A DNA stretch of 64,000 nucleotides from Antedon mediterranea (taxonomy: Eukaryota > Animalia > Echinodermata), in NCBI RefSeq assembly GCF_964355755.1, contig NC_092672.1:7254001-7318000 (forward strand), read 5' to 3'. Shown in pieces: positions 58,001-64,000 of this stretch. Numbering within the stretch: position 1 is the first letter of the stretch; every line of letters begins with the position of its first letter. The notes beneath the pieces are model-generated. The model saw only the letters and a list, made by a program, of their open reading frames with translations, did not search any database and was not told the DNA's origin. The position numbers and the translations under genes were made by a program.

Positions 58001-60543
58001 CCTTAACCCAATACAGGTGTGACATTGTACAACAAAACTTGCCTATGATACTGAAGACATCATGTTATATATGTGAAAATACAGCACAGAGAATCGGCTG
58101 CTTTTACTATAACTAAACGTCCTTTTCAATACATGGCATCGTTCCCAGTGCTTTTCACTTTGCTGAGATCACTTCTTTAATAATAATAATAATAATACCA
58201 GCATATCTTTTAGACAACCATTACTTACACATTATAGTTCTATAAAATAATATTACTATATAATATAAATACATTTTTTTTTACATAAAGTACATGAGCA
58301 CTCTTGAGTGGTATGTGCGCTATAAAAATCCTGTATTGGTGGTGGTGGTACATCATCTGTTAATGGATTACGAGACATGGCTGTATCAATACTTTATATC
58401 ATTCTAAACATACAGTAATTAAACCCGGAGACATTTTAATTTTGTTTTAGTGTTTATTTACTCACCATTTGTGTATGTCGCAATGGAAACGATTGAATTC
58501 ACAGCCACGTGATTGACCTCTGGCATATCACAACTAAAAAGCATGGTTTCATTTTCAACTTGACCATTTACTTTCCACAGCCTAACACTACCATTAGAAT
58601 AACTAAGTATAAAACAATACAATGTTAATTAATGATTTACAGTATTTATTCAAATAAATTCCTGACTTTGAATTAACACCCCCTCGCAAAAACGCCCCGC
58701 CACATGCAGTACATACACAATATTCTATCACAACACATTTCTATTTGTAGTAGAATTCATTGATTGATCTACAAATTTGATATCATTTTGATGCAATTTT
58801 TACAGTTTTTTTTATCCCTTTTCGATATTAATTTTTTTTTTTCATATCTAGGGGGTAGTTATTTGATGTTACAAATATATAAACGCCTCCCTCTCCCAGG
58901 ACGTTTATTCAAATAATTTTGTATTATGGTGGTCCTTAAAATTGATAATTGAAATTCTTCTCTTACCCTGATATAACGGCATTGTCAGAAGAACTTGCCG
59001 TACATAGAACACCACCGGTAACATGCTCAAGTGCGGTCACTCGACCGATACGACCCTACACAAAATGTACAACGTGACTAATTTACTTTTAAACGGGCTA
59101 TTGATGGATCAGTACTCTTGGTTAACTCCCTACTCTTCTGAAAGATGCACTGGGTTGTAGTGCACACAAGTGAGACATTTACACAGGATCTCTAGTTTTA
59201 AGTCCTTACCCGAAAAGACTTGTTTTATTTACTACTAGAACCATGGTTAAAGACAGTCTTTGACCTGTGCCAATTTTAGGGCTATTGTTTGCAATGGCCC
59301 TGCCTTAAGTGCTCAACCATTTGACTCGCCTGTACTCTTACCTTACTATTTTAACATTTACTTAAGCCTTAACTAGTATAGATATGCTCTCTTTAATAAA
59401 TGCACACATTTACCTTCCAATTGGCTAATAGCAAATCTTTCTGCATTAAGCCATCTCTGACTGCCTCTTTCCAATTTGGTTCATTATCAATACTGACCTC
59501 GTCTGAAAGACCTAGCGATTGATAAAAAGGAAACCATAGCAACTGGTCATTTGCCAAACTTCGCCAACTGGAGCTCACCTAGAACACAAAAAAACCTTGT
59601 TGAAAAAAAACCTATAGAACAAAGGTCCTTGTGTTTTTTTTAGCAGTAGCTGAATTCCGTTGCGGTTCGCGGGCTGTCTGTTGAGAACACCTACTTATGA
59701 TAGAAATACAATGGAAATTGAAAACAAGCTCAAATCTGTATGGTGTTCTTACCTGTGCACAGTTACATAGGTCTTTCATGCTTAGATGCTTGAAAATCTT
59801 AACACCAATTTCACGTGGAATCTCTATATCAAAAAACGGTATTTCATTTAATTCGTCCTGAAAAAATGATAATACATAGAAAGAATTATAGTAAGCATCA
59901 ACTGAACAATACTATCATTAACCTCATACACATAAAAACATTATGGGTTTGTCAACATAGTGTATGGATGTACTGTATTTGAAAAAGATGATGTTAACTG
60001 TGAAATATACACTAGTGGCCAGATTTAGACTTTTGATTTTTATTTAAATCACTTAGATTTGATCAGACATTGTTATGTTGATCTGCATCACAAAAAGGTT
60101 ACCTCTGGTTAGAGGGAGTGTCTAATGCGGGGTCTCAATTGGAGTATACTGAATTTTCATACCAAATCTGATATGAAAGTTTCAAGAAATCCGAGTGTCT
60201 TGTTTTTTTCTTCATCATCTTCATTGTTCATCTTTCTTCTCTTCCAAGCATTCTGATTTGTCAGTCTCTCACTTGTGCTAGCTTCATTCTGATTGGTCAG
60301 TCTCTCACTTGTGCTAGCTTCATTCTGATTGGTCACTCTCTTGCTTTCATTTCTATTCTGTAATCTTTTTCCTTCCAGTAAGGTTTCAACAATTGTAAAT
60401 GGTGTGTAGTTCACTTGGGCATTTATATCAACTGTGTTCTTTGTGTTCTTAGGATCTGATTTGTGATCAGAGATTCCAGGTTCAGTCTTTTTTTCTTTCA
60501 GTTCTTTTTTCCAAGACACTCTAAACTTGTCTAAGTCATCCAT
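55044..60543 (-). CDS. FBXW8: F-box/WD repeat protein 8 (~617 aa)
   Basis: 10 in-frame exons: 60543-60163, 59857-59753, 59578-59414, 59055-58967, 58602-58466, 57779-57586, 57113-56758, 56627-56448, 55685-55581, 55185-55044 (1854 nt). LDKFRVSWKKEL N-terminus; F-box NEIPFFDIEIPREIGVKIFKHL..CAQVSSSWRSLANDQLLW; WD motifs DDWKVLSGGMEGMVCLWDQRM and HPVR..LVTANIP; ends YNYNIRLTAPYDDV*. Confidence 0.92.
56222..56423. mobile_element. MITE with CAGG ends and 6-bp TSD in FBXW8 intron 8
   Basis: GAATTA|CAGGCCTTGTCTTT ... AAAGACAAGGCCTG|GAATTA; 14-bp perfect TIR. Confidence 0.85.
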
Positions 60544-61882
60544 CTTCCATTTTAAACATTTTTACCTTAAATAAAAAAAAAATTTTAAACTGATGATGAG
60601 CATGATATTACGTTAACTACGCCAATACATGTTTGCTTTGCGTCATGCGCAATTTGAACAACTTTACCCAACAAGTAGTTGATTCAAATCAGCGCAAATG
60701 TTATGATAAACCTACTTATCAGCATAGGCCTAGGTAGACAGATTTAATAAAATATAGGCCTACTAATCCATACCATATCAAAGAAAAGAATACAGATTTC
60801 AATTTTACCTCTGGACAAATCCATGAAATCGAACAGAAAAATTAGTCCTAGCTAACCTAAAATCTAGCCGTGATCCAAGTGAGAGGTTATGAGCTAAATA
60901 GGCCTATGCTAGGCCTAGCTAGGTTAGAGTACCGGTAGTGGTACTAGCCGACTATATTCTCTAGGCGAGGGAGCTAGTACTAGTAGTAGGTTAAGGCTAG
61001 GCTAGGGCCAGGCCTAGAGGCCTAGTTTTATTTTAAACAATGACCAACCTAGTCCTAACTAAAGATCTCTAGGCCCATGGCTAGCTTCTATTAGTTAGCT
61101 TAGCCTATGCCTAGTAAAGCTGAAATAAGTTAAGGGATCCAAGTTAAGTTTTAATAATATATAAATATACCCATCCTCTGAACAAAATAGAGACATTTTA
61201 ATTGAGTTGATATTGAAAATAAAATAAACACACTTTGTTTATGTTGTATAGCGCCATCTACGAATAATGTGATTAAAAACTTTTTAAGAATTAAGAGAGA
61301 ATTATGCTCATATGCTCAAATAATTAATTAATTCCTCATTTACACTTATTATATGAAACAACTTGCATTATGAAGTGTAAAAATAAGTTTTTATTTATTT
61401 CTTTTCATCTTTGTATATCTTTGTATATATATTTTATTGTAATAAACTATTACATAGATTATTCTATATTTTATTGTTATCAATTATTTTTATTTTTCAA
61501 AACTCACTTTTTAACCGTTGCAATCTTATCTTTGCATGCTTAAGAAGTTATAAAAAAAGAACCATGCTGTCACGTGCGCTGTGTAGTGCGCGTATTTGAT
61601 AGTTTCCAAGAGCTAGTAAAATATTGGTATTCAATTGGCTAGTTAGTGCGCTCACCGCGCTTACAATAGAACAGCGCAACCATTGTTACGTTATCAAATA
61701 TTCGAATATATCTAACGACTATTCCAAATTTAAGTCAGAATGAAAAATTCTTTCAATTGATGAACAGTGATTTCAAATTGCTCTTCATTAAAACGAAATA
61801 ACACTGCTTTTACCGTGCAATTCAGTTTGGGAATACTATACATCTATTTCCTATTGAATTTGCTATATTTACATCATCTGCT

Positions 61883-63502
61883 ATGGCAAAGTTGATATTT
61901 AAAAGAAGATATAATGCTTCTTTAGAAGAAGCCCAGAATGCGGTGAGATCAAATGAGTATCCCGCCGCTAAGTACGCTAGGTTCCTCCAGGTGAGGAATA
62001 GAAGGGCTAGGCCTAGAAACAGGGGGTGTCCTTATGTCAGAAGAAACGCTAATGTTAACCCAACTTGTAAGTTAGGCGGCCTACACGAATTAGATACACT
62101 TATAAAAACGGAAAACAAATCAGCTGATATCAATTATTGTCATTTTGATCATGAATTAGGCCTAGGCCTAGGCCTAAATACAAATGATATGCCTATCATA
62201 ATTATAAGTAGTGATAGTAGTAGTGATTGTGACATTATTATAAGTAGACCTAGTACCAATGATGGTGATAGGCCCAGTGAATATCAAATGTTGTCTCCAA
62301 ATACAAATGATATGCCTATCATTATAAGTAGTGATAAGAGTAGTGATAGCGACATCATTATTAGTATTAGCAGTGATGGTGATAGTAGAAGTAGGCCTAG
62401 TGAAGACCAAATGTTGTCTCCAAATACAAATGATATGCCTATCATGATAAATAGTGATAACAGTAGTGATAGTGACATCATTATTAGTATTAGCAGTGAT
62501 GGTGATAGTAGTAGTTGGCCTAGTGAAGACCAAATGTTGTCTCGAAATACAAATGATATGCCTATCATGATAAATAGTGATAAGAGTAGTGATAGTGACA
62601 TCATTATTAGTATTAGCAGTGATGGTGATAGTAGTAGTATTAGTAGTAGTGGTACTATGCCCAATAGTAAGAGTAGCAGTAGTGGCGATAGTACTAGTCG
62701 TAGTATTAGTAGCAACAGCATTGGCAGTAGCAGCATAGGAGAAAATAGTAGCACTGTTGTAGTCGTAGGAAATGGTGATGTTTTGTTTCATTTTCCAGGT
62801 AGTGATAACAATTCTAACGACATTTCAAATGAAAATTTTGAATTTGAATCTAATAAAGAATATTTTAATTCATTAATTAATCGTGAAAAAATATCTGAAA
62901 ATCCATGGGCACATTTTGAATCACAATCAGTCAAAGATCATATGGTAGAATTTTTATGTAATATTCGATCTGAACTCATTCGTTATGAATACATAATCGA
63001 TTATGATATTGTTCATCGTAGCCTTACAATTATAGAAAATGTACTAATCTGTGATAACACAGCATTTAAACTTGGAGATCTCGAGGAATTGGCAATTGCA
63101 TCATTTTGCCTTGCATTGAAATGTGCTGAACGATACCAATCTAAACACATCATCCCTTATGCGTGTGACCGCCTCCGGAATCTTGGCTTCTTCAATCCTA
63201 AAAAAATTGCCCAAATAGAATTTAAAATATTAAAGATAGTAAACTTTAATATCAATAGTGTCACTTGTCTTGATTTTGTTCACATTTATTGCGATATTGC
63301 TATCAGTAAAGCTACAACCAACAACAACAAACGTAGAATAGAAAGAGTAAGACACGAATCTGTCAAATATTTGATTACAAATAAAATATCTCTTACAACA
63401 GTAAAGCCATCCGCAATAGCTTACTTAATAATTAACGCAATTCTGGAGAAACTAGAAATACAAGACTCATTCTATTTTGAGAATAATGACGATAGTTCTT
63501 AA
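61883..63502 (+). CDS. Intronless divergent cyclin-domain protein with tandem SIM-like repeats (539 aa)
   Basis: 1620-nt open frame in AT-rich DNA. The C-terminal ~200 aa follow cyclin-box spacing: EYFNSLINRE..HMVEFL..IVHRSLTIIENVL..LEELAIASFCLALKCAE (conserved Lys)..IAQIEFKILKIVNFNI (conserved Glu)..TCLDFVHIY. Central 41-aa x4 repeats. Confidence 0.75.
   Translation: MAKLIFKRRYNASLEEAQNAVRSNEYPAAKYARFLQVRNRRARPRNRGCPYVRRNANVNPTCKLGGLHELDTLIKTENKSADINYCHFDHELGLGLGLNTNDMPIIIISSDSSSDCDIIISRPSTNDGDRPSEYQMLSPNTNDMPIIISSDKSSDSDIIISISSDGDSRSRPSEDQMLSPNTNDMPIMINSDNSSDSDIIISISSDGDSSSWPSEDQMLSRNTNDMPIMINSDKSSDSDIIISISSDGDSSSISSSGTMPNSKSSSSGDSTSRSISSNSIGSSSIGENSSTVVVVGNGDVLFHFPGSDNNSNDISNENFEFESNKEYFNSLINREKISENPWAHFESQSVKDHMVEFLCNIRSELIRYEYIIDYDIVHRSLTIIENVLICDNTAFKLGDLEELAIASFCLALKCAERYQSKHIIPYACDRLRNLGFFNPKKIAQIEFKILKIVNFNINSVTCLDFVHIYCDIAISKATTNNNKRRIERVRHESVKYLITNKISLTTVKPSAIAYLIINAILEKLEIQDSFYFENNDDSS
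62177..62650 (+). repeat. Coding tandem repeat, 123-bp (41-aa) unit x~4
   Basis: Units begin aatacaaatgatatgcctatc at 62177, 62300, 62423, 62546; frame preserved. Confidence 0.92.
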
Positions 63503-63786
63503 ACAGATTAGGATAACTTAAAACATAATGTAAGTAAGTTAAGTTAAGACAAAACAATCAAATGTATATTGGATCTAGAATATAGTTTTATAGGATTAAA
63601 TTGATTAAGGAAAAGTTTTTAGCTAAATAGATTAGTCTAAGATGTGCAATATCTAAGTACAATGTAAGGTGATAAGTATATAAAATAACGTTTTAAAAAT
63701 GTAGATTACTGCAGCACTTGTACTTAAGAAAAACAAAGTAAGATAAGTAATGTGAATTAAAAACAATATTGCTATTGTAACATTAA

Positions 63787-63990
63787 AGCCTGTTTTCCTG
63801 TCGACGTTAGTCGACGCTATCGTTAACAATAATCGGCGATCTTCTACGTAAACATTGAAATGTTAACGATTTACAGGAAAGGGTACTCGCTATCGTTATC
63901 ATTTCAACTTGATCGTTTTTAAACGATCGTCGTTGAACTGTTAACGATCAACGACGATAGCGTCGAATAACGTCGACAGGAAAACAGGCT
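63787..63990. mobile_element. Palindromic Harbinger-type MITE
   Basis: TAA|AGCCTGTTTTCCTGTCGACGTTA...TAACGTCGACAGGAAAACAGGCT|TAA; 23-bp perfect TIR. Confidence 0.88.
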
Positions 63991-64000
63991 TAAAACATGC

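Noticed and set aside
62174-62791. Two minus-strand ORFs (Thr/Ile-rich and Leu-rich)
   Set aside because: Antisense shadows of the 123-bp coding repeat in the cyclin-like ORF.

Overview
AT-rich, intron-containing metazoan DNA, probably an invertebrate deuterostome such as an echinoderm (inferred from gene content and repeat style, not proven). Five spliced genes were rebuilt by hand from splice sites and reading frame: the 3' end of the pseudophosphatase STYXL1 (+), ALKBH4 (-), LRWD1/ORCA (+, head-to-head with ALKBH4), Nemo-like kinase NLK (-, 11 exons over ~33 kb, one U12-type intron) and FBXW8 (-). An intronless 539-aa ORF near the right end fuses a divergent cyclin fold to a tandem array of SUMO-interacting-motif (SIM)-like repeats; it is the best candidate for something undescribed. 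Introns hold an intact single-ORF LINE, many MITEs with 2-8 bp target-site duplications (TSDs), SINE/LINE remnants, a 1298-bp tandem duplication and two or three classes of apparent transposon excision footprints. Gene names rest on remembered motif similarity; no database search was run.
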